64,000 nt of DNA from the human T2T-CHM13v2.0 reference genome, Homo sapiens, in assembly GCF_009914755.1 (NCBI RefSeq), contig NC_060947.1. The stretch is one strand, 5' to 3'. The position numbers and the translations under genes were made by a program. Shown here in pieces: positions 14,434 through 28,650 of this stretch. Positions within the stretch are counted from its first letter, which is position 1; each line of letters opens with the position of its first letter. The notes beneath the pieces are model-generated. The model did no database searches and was not told the DNA's origin. It was given only the letters and a program-made list of their open reading frames with translations.

Positions 14434-15344
14434 CTGTATAATAATTGATTTTTTTGTCTTGGTGGCAGATGGGAAACTAACACTTGTAATGTTATAGACC
14501 ATGTCTGAGCATGAATCTTTAGATCAACTTGAATTTTAATATACAAGGTTATTTTTGTCTTTAATAAATGACTTGCTCATTGGTATAGAAGATACACTTT
14601 TATTATCCTTTTATTACTTTCCATGTAGTTCAAAGTTTAATATGCTAGTCTAGCTATGATTGGTTAAGAAATTGACACACATGGCTATTATTGAGCACAA
14701 TATAGTGACTATCAATATGTGTTTTTTCCCGGAGTGGGAAAAAACCCCACATTTCTCACATTTGTACACTTTGAGAGTTGGAAATCATCAAATATTTAGC
14801 TAGTTCCATTGATCTTAGCTTATTAAAACTTCTTGTCAAATGGTAGGAATTCTTAGTTTATTTTACTGAAGCAAAATAAACCTAAATGAATTAAATGGTT
14901 CTGTTAGTTGCGGCATCTATAAAATTAGGAAATTGGGTGAGATGAATATAAGGTGCCATAGCTATGTCCTCTAATATTCCTTCAAGCAAACATCTATGAA
15001 TCCATGTTTAGATTTGGCTCCATAACAATAATGCCTTATATGTGATAGCACTCTCTAATTTACTTATGTGAGCTTAATTGACTTGCAACTACCCTATTCC
15101 TTTACATATTTACTAAGTTCCTACTAATTGTCCACAGTGTCATTAGGCTTTGAAAATATAAAGCTGAGGTAGACAGTCCCGTGATTATTGTCCCCATTTT
15201 AGAAAGAGGGGATCACAGACTCAAAGATGTTTAGTGACCAGAGATTACAGTTGTGGAGCTGGGACAGAATTCCAAGCAATTTGACTTAACCTGTTCATAC
15301 TCACCTTCTACCTCTTGTGTGCAAGTAGATGGACCAGACAGAAA

Positions 15345-17900
15345 TGCAAAAGTTAATGATATGGATATGTCACCAAAAGCATGATCCATAAAAGAAAAAA
15401 AATGATAAATTACACTTCATCAAATTTAAAACTTTGCTCTGTGAAAGACACTGGTCTTTCATGAAATAAAGAAAGACAAGTCACAGACTAGGAGGAAATA
15501 TGTGCAAATTGCAGATCTAACAAACTCGAATTTATAATATTTAAAGAACTCTTAGACTCAATAATAAGAAAACCAACAACACAATGAAAAATAGATTGAA
15601 CAGATAGTTGACCAAAGAAGATATACAGATGCTAAATAAGCGCATGAAAAGATGTTAAATATTTCTAGTCATTAGAGAAAAGCAAGTTAAGACCACAATG
15701 TGCTACCATTAACATTCATTAAAATAGTTAACATTAAAAAATACTGACAATACCAAGTGCTGACAAGGATGTGAAGCAACTAGAGCCCTCATACATTCCT
15801 GGTAGAAATGCAAGATGATACAGTGCTCTGGAAAATGGTTTGGCAGGTTCTTATAAAGTTAAACGTGTACTTGTCATATTGACCAGCAATCTCAGAATGA
15901 AAACTCACATTTGCGTAAAAATATATACATGACTGTTTACGGCAGCAGTATTCATAATTGCCAAAAACTGGGAACAGACTAAATGCTGTTCAACATGTGA
16001 ATGAATTTAAAAAATTGTGGTGCATCCACACAATGAAGTGCCACTTGACAATGAAAAGGAAGAAATCTTTGTCCACTTTGTGATGGGATTGTTTTTTTCT
16101 TGTAAATTTGTTTAAGTTCCTTCCAAATTCTGGATATTAGACCTTTGTCAGATGGGTAGATTGCAAAAATTTTCTCACATTCTGTAGGTTGCCTGTTCGC
16201 TGTGATGATAGTTTCCTTTGCTCTGCAGAAGCTCTTTAGTTTAATTAGATCCCATTTGTCAATTTAGCTTTTGTTGCAATTGCTTTTGGTGATTTTATCA
16301 TAAAATCTTTGCCCATGCCTATGTCCTGAATGGTATTGCCTAGGTTTTCTTCTAGGGTTTTTATGGTTTTGGGTTTCACATTTAAGCCTTTAATCCATCT
16401 TGAGTTAATTTTTGTATGAGGTGTAAGGAAGGGGTCCAGTTTCAGTTTTCTGCATATGACTAGCCAATTTTCCCAGCACCATTTATTAAACGGGTAATAG
16501 TTTTCCCATTGCTTATTTTTGTCAGGTTTGTTGAAGTTCAGATGGTTGTAGATGTGTGGTCTTATTTCTGAGGTCTCTATTCTGTTCCATTGATCTATAT
16601 GTCTGTTTTGGTTCCAATACCATGCTGTTTTGGTTACTGTAGCCTTGTAGTATAGTTTGAAGTTAGGTAGCATGATGCTCCAGCTTTGTTCTTTTGGCTT
16701 AGGATTGTCTTGGCTATGTGGACACTTTTATGGTTCCATATGAAATTTAAAGTAGTTTTTTCTAATTCTGTGCAGAATGTCAATGGTAGTTTGGTGGGAA
16801 CAACAAACATATGAAAAAAAGCTCAACATCACTGATTGTTAGAGAAATGCAAATCAAAACCACAATGAGATACCATCTCATGCCAGTCAGAATGGTGATT
16901 ATTAAAAAGTCAAGAAACAACAGATGCTGGCAAGGCTGTGGAGAAATAGGAATGCTTTTACAGTATTGGTGGGAAAGTAAATTAGTTCAGCCATTGTGGC
17001 AGATGGTGTGGTGATTCCTCAAGGATCTAGAACCAGCAATCCCATTTGACCCAGCAATCCCATTACTGGGTCTATACACAAAGGGATATAAATCATTCTA
17101 TTATAAAAATACATGCACACATATGTTTACTGCAGCATTATTCACAATAGCAAAGACCTAGAACCAACCCAAATGTCCATCAATGATAGACTGGATAAAG
17201 AAAATGTGGTACATATACACCAGGGAATACTGTGCAGCCACAAAAAGGAATGAGATCATGTCCTTTGCAGTTACGTGGATGAAGCTGGAAGCCATCATCC
17301 TCAGCAAACTAAGACAGGAACAGAAAACCAAACACTGCATGTTCTCACTCATAAGTGGCAATTGAACAATTAGAATACGTGGACACAGGGAGGGGAACAA
17401 CACATACCGGGGCCTGTCAGAGTGGGGGCAAGGGCAGAGAGAGCATCAGGACAAATAGCTAATGCATGCGGGGCTTAATACCTGGGTAATGGGTTGATAG
17501 GTGCAGCAAACCACCGTGGCACATGTATACCTATGTAACAAACCTACACGTCTGCACATGTATCCCAGAACTTAAAATAAAAATAAATAAATAAGAAAAG
17601 GAACAAACCACTGATACATGCAACAGTATGGATGAATCTCAAATGCACAATGCTGAATGAAAAAAGCCAGACCCAAAAAGTTACATACTTTATTTTTTCC
17701 ACTAAGATGACATTCTGGAAACAGCAAAACTATATGGAGAGAGAAGAGATCAGTGATTACCAAGGGGTTAAGGGAGAGAGACTGACTTCAGAGGCCAGCA
17801 TGAGGGCAATCATGCTGGGGTGTTATAACTGTCCTATATCCTGTTTGTGGTGATCATTGCAGTCATCTATGCATATGTTAAAACTCGTAGAAATATATAT
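15345..17900 (+). mobile_element. Old L1M 3' region (L1MB/MC/MD-type), split by a younger L1PA
   Basis: ORF2 C-terminal and 3' UTR homology at 15345-16065, resuming at 17595-17900. Confidence 0.75.
16066..17594 (+). mobile_element. L1PA (about PA8-PA11) 5'-truncated, 5'-inverted (twin-primed) insertion
   Basis: 16066-16800 is antisense ORF2 (ORF 16245..16673); 16801-17594 is sense ORF2 end, 3' UTR and A-tail; TSD gaaaaggaa(g/c)aaa at 16053-16065 and 17595-17607. Confidence 0.92.
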
Positions 17901-18553
17901 CCAAAAATTGTAATAAAATAATTATTACACATTAATCCTGACAGTTAAAATTGGTTCTAGCCAAAATTTAAAAATAAGTGAGGTTTGAATTTAGCAATAA
18001 ATGCTTCCTTTACTTTTTTGTTATTAGAGACACTTTTCTATGTATTGTCTTTCCTCAGTTCTTTCTCTCAGTTTTCAGGATATGATTTAATAACCAATTC
18101 ACAGAAAAGTTTAAATGACTGATAATAGCTACATGTGTTTCCTCTAGTAGGGCCATATTCATTTGAGCAGGTTACCAAAATCTTAAATTAAAATAACGCA
18201 TTTCCAACAGTAGGTGGGATGCCAAGCAACAGCCAAAGGATAAAGGAGTTGGTAGGGATAAAGAGTCAGAACAGCCTCCATTACATTACTGAAATGAAGA
18301 TATATTTGCTTTGAAATTTTAATTTTGGAGGTTGTATAAGAATATCACTTAGTCTATATGGTACTATAGACAAATATATAGAAATGTAGATAACACTCCC
18401 AAATACTGATGAATGTGCTCAGACCAGGAAGGGAAATCTTACATGGAACAATAAAAATAAGTGTCTTGAAATCTTAACTTCTTAATAAATCATTTAGTTG
18501 ATTGATTTTTACATCAAAATTCTGAAACTAAACTCATTGTAAAAATATAAACG

Positions 18554-18577
18554 TATATATATATATATATATATATA
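18554..18577. repeat. (TA)n microsatellite
   Basis: Direct. Confidence 0.9.
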
Positions 18578-18799
18578 CCATATTTATTGTCACTTTCTGA
18601 GAGCTGAGCAACTATAGTTGCATATAAATCACTTTAAAACTTATGTAATAGTGAGAATTCATTTGTAAATTATAGTATTTTTAAAGCAAAATGTCACCCA
18701 GTACTTTATTTTTACCTACATTTACATGTCAGGTTTCCTTAAAGTGAGGTATACCTGCACAAGAATGGGGAAGTTTTGAGCACTATAGAATTTGCTTAC

Positions 18800-19059
18800 T
18801 TCTTTTTTATTCTTATTAATATCAAATACAGGTAAACCAGACTTTACAAGCAATGCTACAAACAGTGTAGAAAGTGTCTCTACATCTATCATATAAATTC
18901 ATGTTTATTAGATCTCAGTGAGAGTAATAAAGAGTTTCAAAATAAATTGGAGCTGCAGTTCTTTTCAAAGTGACCCCGGTAACAATGTGTCTGAATTGGA
19001 ATACTTTATCTATATTGATTTTTATTTTCATGTCAAGTTTGAAAAATATGTCAGGTGTA
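18800..19059 (-). pseudogene. Pseudo-exon (RGS-like C-half): TPDIFFKLDMKIKINIDKVFQFRHIVTGVTLKRTAAPIYFETLYYSH*DLINMNLYDRCRDT/...SGLPVFDINKNKKE
   Basis: Acceptor tatcctcaaag, donor gaa|gtaagc; INID motif and F-x(9)-L pattern parallel the RGS C-half; one stop and one frameshift. Confidence 0.6.
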
Positions 19060-19240
19060 CTTTGAGGATACATAAAGCATATATTCCTAATTGTATTTAT
19101 TTTTTTGCTACTGTCTATGTCAGGTGTACTAGAAACATAGGGATTATTAAAATTAACTAAAACATGGCATTATTACCCATTTAGAAACAGGTGCTAGGAA
19201 CTCTCAATCTTGGGTTCTATGTACCCAGTTTCAATCTTAC

Positions 19241-19281
19241 TGGTCAATTCTGTTTAAAAGCAATCCAAACCAGAATTTTCT
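19241..19281 (-). pseudogene. 41-nt pseudo-exon RKFWFGLLLNRID
   Basis: Strong acceptor ttttactgttgttctcctcag and donor cca|gtaaga; phase-2 exit joins 19059 in frame. Confidence 0.55.
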
Positions 19282-20377
19282 CTGAGGAGAACAACAGTAA
19301 AATATAAAGTGTTACCATGGGTTAAAAAAAATAGTTGAGTGGATGAATATTTAGTCACAGCCATTAACCTTTAATTTTAATGGTTTTGATTGAGGAAGAA
19401 GTTTTTGTTTTTAGCATGACACTTAAGTAAATGAATGGTTTGATCAAAATTTACTGTTATAGGCTAAAAGTATGAGATTAATAATAGAATATCAGAGATG
19501 CCAGTCAAGCCACTGAAGAAATGGATTCAACCTAATAAAGAGCATAACTCATCAAACTTAACCATGACAAGCCTAAATATTCCCATTTCATCAAAATAAA
19601 ATGGCTATAATTAAGTGTTTTAAAATTAATGTTATCAGCTCTTCATTCATCCAGTCATTCTAGGCCCTGCTTCCCAACTCTGAACAACTTCCACCTCTGC
19701 CTGTTCCCTCTAACTAGGGAAATGTATCAGACTGAGTGAAGATTTGAGCAATGGCACAGAGGTTGATGACGTGAGAAATAATGACCTGGTTAAGTACCAG
19801 ATAATGGGTATGTGCCAAAGATTAAGGGGAGCCTTTGGCTAGAAACAAGGGGATGTTTGAATTAGCCTAACATATAAGATCCCGAAGCACCCAGCTCCAG
19901 ATAAAAAGAATCAGGGATATTAAATCAGGAGGGAAATAGTAGAAGGAGGTAAAAGACCAAACTTGATAACCCAAAGTATTATAAAACTCTGTTTTGGGGT
20001 TACATTAGAAGATGACTTAGGGATGTGGTATATGAATACATCAGGGAGTAGTGGCGTGTTGGACAAAAAGAACCACGGAAATATAGAATCTCTTTTTGTG
20101 CCCATAATTTAGACTAAGCTGACATCATTGTGGCTTTCGCTTCTGTTAGATGGGCTCGTCTGTGATGAGGCCCAACAGATTTGGCTTTACTTAAAATTGA
20201 GTTCTTCAAGACTTCAGAGTGGCAAGATTACAGGGTATTTATGTGGCATCCCTCCTCTCCCATTAGTCTTCACAACCTCAAGGAGAAGACAAGTAACTGA
20301 GCATAAGGAATTGATGCAGTCCTCAGGTTCATGTAGAGGTCCCTCTTTCCTGTTGATTAGTAACCTGCTTGTATGTT

Positions 20378-20739
20378 TGACATTGCTTGGCTGTGTGTGC
20401 CCACCCAAATCTCATGTGGAATTGGAATCCTCAGCTGTCAGGGAGGGACCTGGTGGAAGGTTATTCGATCATGGGGGCGGTTTCCCCCACGCTGTTTTAG
20501 TGGTAGTGAGGGAGTTCTCACAATATTGATGGCTTAAAAGTGGCAGTTTCCCTGGCACTCCCTCTCTCTCCTGCTGCCAGGTAAGACATGCCTTGCTTCC
20601 CCTTCACCTTCTGCCATGATTGTAAGTTTCCTGAGGCCTTTGCAGCCATGTGGAACTGTGAGTCAGTTAAACCATTTTGTTTATAAATTACCCATTGCCA
20701 TGTAGTATCTTTATAGCAGTGTGAAAATGGACTAATATA
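20378..20739 (+). mobile_element. THE1D-like MaLR solo LTR
   Basis: tga...ggctgtgt...ccacccaaatctcat ... ttatagcagtgtgaaaatggactaatata; 5-bp TSD atgtt/gtgtt. Confidence 0.88.
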
Positions 20740-21127
20740 GTGTTCCTACCCTGTTGCCATTTGTGAGCTTGAACTTTATCTCTTCTGACTGTGATCTTGG
20801 CTTGGCTGTTGGCTCAGCTCTTGTGTATTTATGATTTACTTCCTTTTTGCTGCATGTGCTTTACTTCAGATCCTGATTGATCCTGTATGTTTGAGCCTAA
20901 AAGTACAACTACAAGTCCAAATTGCCCCTTGGGCAAATGTTTGGCATTTTTTTTAGACTCTACTATGATTCTTGTTAATCCTACTATATTGGCTCAATCA
21001 GAAGTGCCCAAGACCGTTCCCTTTACAATATAACTTTTGCTGTACAAAAAAAAAAAAAAAAAAAAATGGGGTAAGGAAAAGGATGGAAGAAAAAATGATA
21101 CTAAGGAGACATTAAGTTAGGAGAACC

Positions 21128-21389
21128 TCCTTAACATTTTGTCTATTCTACAGGAACCATCTTCTCTTATAAAATATTTTTTGGTACAGGCCAGAGAAAA
21201 ACACATTGCACTGCATGGGATGGATAATTTCTCTGGCCCAGAGCGATGTTTTGTATGTGTATGTCTGGAAAGGAGCCAGGCTCAATAAGGACAGAAAATA
21301 TCAATGAGAATGGGATAGGAAGTTGAATTTGAAGATTATTTCGGGTAATGAAAAACATCTGATGACCTTGGCCGACTACTAAATTAAAT
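21128..21389 (-). pseudogene. Pseudo-exon (RGS-like C-half): FNLVVGQGHQMFFITRNNLQIQLPIPFSLIFSVLIEPGSFPDIHIQNIALGQRNYPSH
   Basis: Acceptor atcttttaactcag; 73 open codons (ORF 21167..21358 extended); donor uncertain. Confidence 0.45.
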
Positions 21390-21557
21390 CTGAGTTAAAA
21401 GATAGTTTGGGGCTTTAGGAACAAGAGTCCGCAGGTATATTTCTCTGTTGATAACTATTTGTGATGGAAGAAATGAGGTGAGGAATGCCTAGGTGAATGT
21501 CTTTCACAGCTAAATTGAAACATACAGACTCAGACAGAAATGGTCATGGAGGTTTAC

Positions 21558-21833
21558 TTTTAAAAATAAATTCATATACCAGCTCAGAAAACATCCCACA
21601 AAATGACAGTATGTGAAGGGTTATCCTCTTGGAAAAGGAATTCAATTTTGAATTATCCATACTACAGACCTTGGGAGTCTTTAGTCACTTCATCCAATGA
21701 AAAATGGAGATGTTTGACTTAGTGACAGATGATCTGCTCAACAATGTTTTCTTTCTTCTATTGCTGCTTCAATTGTATATTTAGTGAATTAGTTGTGATT
21801 GATGATAGCATTTTAAGCACTTGATATTTTTTT
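21558..21833 (-). pseudogene. Pseudo-exon (RGS-like N-half): KKYQVLKML...*VKHLHFSLDEVTKDSQGL*YG*FKIEFLFQEDNPSHTVILWDVF
   Basis: Acceptor catcttttcaccag, donor aaa|gtaaac; SLDEV..D..GL....EFL..E......LW resembles RGS helices 1-4; phase-2 entry matches 23043. Confidence 0.55.
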
Positions 21834-22256
21834 CTGGTGAAAAGATGGCATAATTTAACTATATTAATAGTTTTAGGTTTAAGTGAAGCACAATATATTT
21901 TTATAATCCTTCAATAGTGAAGTCACAATTTATACAAGTGGATTCATTCTGTCTTTAGACCACGGAACTCTGACAAAAGGATGTCATTTAAAGTAATGTT
22001 GCTCATCCTTCAGAGATGCAAAACTGAAGGCTACATTGCTCTGATATGAAATAACTTTGGAGTTTTGAATGCCTGGCAAAATTTGTATATGCCACTAACA
22101 GTAACTTAAGTGGTTTGTACAGCTGGAGCCAAATATGCTCTGCAGAGAAAAATATCACCAACTGCTGTAATTTTCACATAAGTAATAGGACTAAAGAAAC
22201 AGTTTTGTTCAGAAACAACACCTTCTCTAAAATCTGGGCATGAAATGTTCAATCGG

Positions 22257-22613
22257 TGATATGGATTGTCTGTGTCTCCACCAAAATTTCACCTTGAATT
22301 ATAATAATTCCCACATGTCAAGGGTGGGGCCAGGTGGAGATAATTGAATCATGGGGGGTGGTTTCCCCCATACTGTTCTTGTGGTAGTGAATAAGTCTCA
22401 GCAGATCTGATGGTTTTATAAATGGGAGTTCCCCTGCACAAGCTCTCTTGTCTACCACCATGTAAGATGTGTCTGGCTTCCCCTTTGCCTTCTGCCATGA
22501 TTGTGAGGCCTCCCCAGCCATGTGGAACTGTGAGTCCATTAAACCTCTTTTTCTTTAGAAATTACTCAGTCTAGGGTATTTCTTTATTAGCGGCATGAGA
22601 ACAGACTAATACA
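22257..22613 (+). mobile_element. THE1C-like MaLR solo LTR
   Basis: tgatatggattgtctgtgtctccacc ... gagaacagactaataca; TSD atcgg/atcag. Confidence 0.92.
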
Positions 22614-23042
22614 ATCAGTGTCAATGTTTATTATTAATAACATAATTATGGACAACGTAAAGTGCTAGTAATTACAACAGATTAGAGAGCTGCTATTTTA
22701 CCTCAGGTGGTATTATTTGGAGTCTGGTATATATCAGATTTAGGGTGATTACCTTAAAACCTTAGAAGAAATGATATTAACTAAATGTTATTTTCTACTT
22801 AGTCTGTTACTTCCTGCAGAATAATAGTTTATGCTCTTACTTAGTAAATGTCACAGTAGGGGAGAAAATATAAGAGCATGCCCATATACCCACACAGTCT
22901 CCTTTGGTGTAACTACCACATCACAGTATCTTAGTGCTACCTGAATGCCAATAGCTAAGTTTTGTAAATGGAGATGAAAGAGAACTAGGGAAATTAATTG
23001 ATGTGATTATCTTTCAGTAGTGCTGTATAATGACGTATTTAC

Positions 23043-23176
23043 CTAAGCTTGTAGGCCTTTAAGTGGACTCTCAACATTTCTAATATTGAATGAACCCAGA
23101 CCTCTCTTAAAACATGCCAGTTCATACATATTATGCTTATAAGATTCAAACGTTCTCTCATACTGATAGCCTTCAA
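23043..23176 (-). pseudogene. Pseudo-exon LKAISMRERLNLISIICMNWHVLREVWVHSILEMLRVHLKAYKL
   Basis: Acceptor atatatctcag, donor tag|gtaaat; 134 nt, fully open, phase 0 in and phase 2 out. Confidence 0.55.
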
Positions 23177-23523
23177 CTGAGATATATTTAGATTATCAAT
23201 GTCAAATTAAGACATGACAAGTTCCCAAAGACATATAAACATGACCCTGACAAATGAATGTGCTGGAAGCTGGATCTTATGTAGAAGTAATAGCTTCCAT
23301 TCTGTTCCAGATCTGGGGTGTATGTGTATGTGTGAAGTTGACTGTATAAATGTAAAAATTTATCCAAATCTTTGGTATGAGTTTCTGTGGGACCTTTGGA
23401 TGGTACCTCATCATACCATGTCTGAATGGTATGTCAGGAACATACCGTTCTGACATAGGTTTGAAGACTAGTCTTAATACTAAAGCATTTCCCCACGAAT
23501 AATTTTATTTATAGTATTCATAA

Positions 23524-23890
<367 letters not shown>

Positions 23891-24320
23891 ATGAATTGGG
23901 TTCTTATTACCTACCAGGGGTATAAAAATGTGCAGTCTTCTGATCCTAGCTCTAGGCAAACAAATTCATAAGGTGCAAACATTGTGTAATCCCTTCAATA
24001 CTGCTCTCTGTCACTATTCACAAATGTTAGCTCCCTATTATCCCCAAACTTTGTGGCACGTTTTTAAAATCAGTCCCTAGCCTGTAAAGGCCCCAAATGA
24101 TACCAACCTCCCATCTCTTGCATGCTTATATTTTATACTTCTGACAGAGGACATGTAAAGCTCTGCCTACATTTCTATTATTTACACCCGAATCTTTGTA
24201 GCATTTCATACCCCAAGCCCCTTAATAATGTGCAGTAGAAGCTCTGTGCCCAAACTGTATTGGCATATGCCACATGCTGGATCCCTTCTACTTTGAGTGA
24301 GGACAAAGAGTCTTCATACA

Positions 24321-24625
<305 letters not shown>

Positions 24626-26169
24626 AAACAGTCTTCATACAAAGGGTAGATTATAACCTATGGTACTTTATTGGTAGTGTCTTCATTGGATTGATAATTT
24701 AAGTTTCAATTGATTTCTTTTTAAAATGTTTTAATTTTTAATTATTGTGGGTACATAGTAGCTGTATATACTTATGGGTACATGAGATATTTAGGTATAG
24801 ACAAGCAATTTGTTATAATCACATCATGGAAAATTGGATATCCACCCCTCCAGCATTTACTATTTGTGTTACAAACAATCCAGTTATACTTTTTTTAGTT
24901 ATTTTAAGATGTACAATTAAATTATTATTGACTATAGTTTCTGTGTTGTGCTATCAAATACTAGGTCTTATTCATCCTTTCTATTTCTTTTATACCCATT
25001 AATTTTCCCCACCTCTCCCACAATCCCCCACTACCTTTCCTAGCCTCTCGTAACCATACTTTATTCTCTATCACCACGAATTTAAATGTTTTGATTTTTA
25101 GATCCCACAAATGAGTGGAACATATGGTGTTTGTGTTTCTCTATCTGGTTTATTTGACTTAACATAATGATCTCAAATTCCATCCATGTTTTTGCGAATG
25201 ACAGTGTCTCAATCATTTTATGGCTGAATAGTACTCCATTGTGTATAAGTACATTTATCCATTCATCTGCTGATGGACACTTAGGTTGTTTCCAAATCTT
25301 GGCAATTGTAAACAGTGCTGCACAAGCATAGGAGTGTAGATGTCTCCTTCATATACTGATTTCCTTTTTGGGGGGTATGTACACAGCAGTGGGATCGCTG
25401 GATCATATGGTAATTCTATTTTTAGTTTTTTGAGGAAACTCCAAACTGTTCTCCATATTTGTTGTACTAATTTACATTTCCACCAACAGTGAACAAGGGT
25501 TCCCTTTTCTCCACGTCCTTGCCAGCATTTGGTATTGCCTGTCTTTTGGATGAAAGCCATTTTAACTGGGGTGAGAGTATATCTTATTGTAGTTTTGATT
25601 TGCATATCTCTGATGATCAGTGATATTAAGCAACTTTTCGTATGCCTGTTTGCCATTTGTATGTCTTCTTTTGAGAAATGTCTATTCAAATCTTTGGCCA
25701 ACTTTTAATCAGATTCTTAGATTTTTTTCCTATAGAGCTGTTGAACACCTTATATATTCTGGTTATGAATCCCTTGTCAGATGGGTAATTTGCAAATATT
25801 TTCTCCCATCCTGTGGATTGTCTTTTCACCTTGTTGATTTTTTCCTTTGCTGTGCAGAAGCTTTTTAACTTGATGTGATGACATTTGTTCATTTTTGCGT
25901 TGGTTCCTGTGCTTGTGGGGTGTTACTCAGGAAACTTTTGCCCAGACCAATGTCCTGGAGACTTTCCCCAATGTTTTCTTATAGTTGCTTCATAGTCTGA
26001 GGTTTTAGACATAAATCTTTAATTCATTTTGATTTGATTTTTGTATATGGTGAGAGGCATCATGTTTCATTCTTCTGCATATTTTTTAATAATGCCAAAA
26101 GTATAATTCATTATTAATATATAATAATTACAAATATCTGTAGGTAAAATAATATTGTTTTATTTATAT

Positions 26170-26330
26170 GTATTTATTTTTTAATTTTAAGTTACAGGAT
26201 ACAAGTGCAGAATGTGTAGGTTTGTTACATAGGTATACCTGTGCCATGGTGGTTTGCTGCACCTATCAACCCATCATCTAGGTTTTAAGCCCAGCATGCA
26301 TTAGCTATTGGTCCTAATGCTCTCCCACCC
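26170..26330 (-). mobile_element. Short L1PA 3' end nested in L1MA2
   Basis: gtgccatggtggtttgctgcacctatcaacccatcatctaggttttaagcccagcatgcattagc is L1PA 3' UTR in reverse. Confidence 0.9.
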
Positions 26331-28597
26331 TGTTGAGGATTTTTGCATCAATATTTATCATATATATTGGCCTGCAGGTTTTTTTATTCTCATGTGTCTT
26401 TGTCTGGTTTTGGTGTCACAGTAAAACTAACCTTATAGAATGAGTTTGAAAGTATTCCCTTATCCTCTATTATTTGGAATAGTTTCAGAAAGATTGGTAT
26501 TAGTTCTTCAAATGTTTGGTAGAATACAGCAGTGAAGCCATCAGTTCCCAGGCTTTTCTTTTCTGGGAGACTTTCTATTATGGCTTTGACCTTGTTACTT
26601 ATTCTTGGTCTGTTCAGGTTTTGGATTTCTTCATGGTTCAATCTTGATAGTTTGTATGTGTCGAGGAATTTATCAGATTATTCTAGATTTTCCAATTAAT
26701 TGGCATAACTTACTCATAGTAGCCACTAATGATTATTTGAATTTCTGCAGTATCAGTTATAATGTCTTTTTTTATCTGTTATTTATTTGGGTCTTCTCTC
26801 TTTTCTTCTTAGTTGGGCCAAAGACTTGTCGACTTTATCTTTACAAAAAAACAAATTTTTGTTTCCTTGATCGTTTTTATTTCCTTGATCGTTTTTATTA
26901 TTTTCTTCATTTCAGATTCATTTATTTCTGCTCTGGTCTTTATTATTTCTTTTCCTCTACTAATATTGAGTTTGGTTTGCTCTCACTTTTGTAGTTCTTT
27001 TAGATGTATCATTGGGCTATGTATTTGAAGTTTTTCTTTTTTTGATGTAGGGACTTACAAATTTTTCTCATAATACTGCTTTTGCTATATCCCATAGGTT
27101 TTGTATGTTGTGTTTTCATTATCATGTGTTTTAAGAGCATTTCCAATTTTCTTCTTAATTTCTTCATTGACCCTCTGCTTATTCAGGAGAATATTCTTTA
27201 ATTTCCATGGATTTTACAGTTTCCAAGATTCTTCTTGTTTATTGACTTCTAGTTTTATTGCAATTGTAGTCAGAGAAGATGCTTGATATTATTCCAGTTT
27301 TTTTGAATGTTTTAAGACTTATTTTGTGGCCCAGCAGCATATGGTCTTCTTTGGTTTATCCATGTGCTGAGGAAAATAATGTGTATTTTTCAGGTGTTAG
27401 ATGAATTATTCTACAAATTTCTATTAGATCAGTTTGGTCTCTAGTGCAGATTAAGTCTGATGTTTCTTTGTTGATTTTCTGTCTGGAAGCTATGTCCAGT
27501 GCTGAAAGTGAAGTGTGTAATTCCCCTGCTATTATTATATTAGGATTTATCTCTCTCATTAGCTGTAATACTATTTGCTTTATATATCTGGGTGCTCCAA
27601 TGTCAAGTGCTTATATATTTAAAATTGTTATATCCTTTTGCAGAATTGCCCCCTTTATCATTGTATAATGACCTTCTCTGCCTCTTCTTACACTTTTTGT
27701 GTTAAAATCTATTTTGTCTGATATTGGTGTAGCTATTCCTACTCTTTTCTGGTTTCCATTGCCGTGGGATATCTTTTTCCATCCCTTTATTTTCAGCCTA
27801 CATGTATCTTTCTAGGCAAAGTGTGTTTTTGTAGGTAACAGATCATAGAGTCTTATTTTTCCATCTATTCAGCTACTCTACATCTTTTGATTGGAGAGTT
27901 TAATCCACCTACATACAATGTTATTATTGACACATAAGGACTTATTCCTCCCATTTTGGTATTGGTTTCTGGTTGTTTTGTGTCCTCCTCTTCCTTTTTT
28001 CCTTCCTTCATGTCTTCCTTTTAGCAAAGGTGATTTTCTCTGCTGGTATAATTTAATTTCTTGATTTTTGTTTTTTGTGTATCTGTTGTATGTTTTTAAA
28101 TTTGAGATTACGATGAGGCCTGCAAACACTATCTTATAACCCATTATTTTAAACTGATGACAACTTAACACTGATTGCATAAACAAAGAAACCAGCATGC
28201 AGGAAAATTAATAAGAAATCCACACTTTAACTTTGTCTCTCCATTGTTTCTCTTTATGTCTTATTGTTCTATATATTTGAAAGTTGTTGTAGTTATTATT
28301 TTTGATTCGTTCATCATTTAGTCTTTCTACTTAAGTGAAGAGTAGTTCACACACCACCAATTACCATGTTATACTATTCTGTGTTTTTCTGTGCATTTAC
28401 TATCACCAGTGAGTTTTGTACCTTCAGGTAATTTCTTCTTGCTCATCAATGTCCTTTTCCCTCAGATTGAGGAACTCCCTTTAACATTTATTATAGGGTA
28501 GGGCTGGTGTTGATGAAATCCTTTACCTTTTATTTGTCTGCGAAGGTCTTCATTTCTCCGTCATGCTTCATACATGCTTAGAATAGTATATCTGGTT

Positions 28598-28602
<5 letters not shown>

Positions 28603-28650
<48 letters not shown>

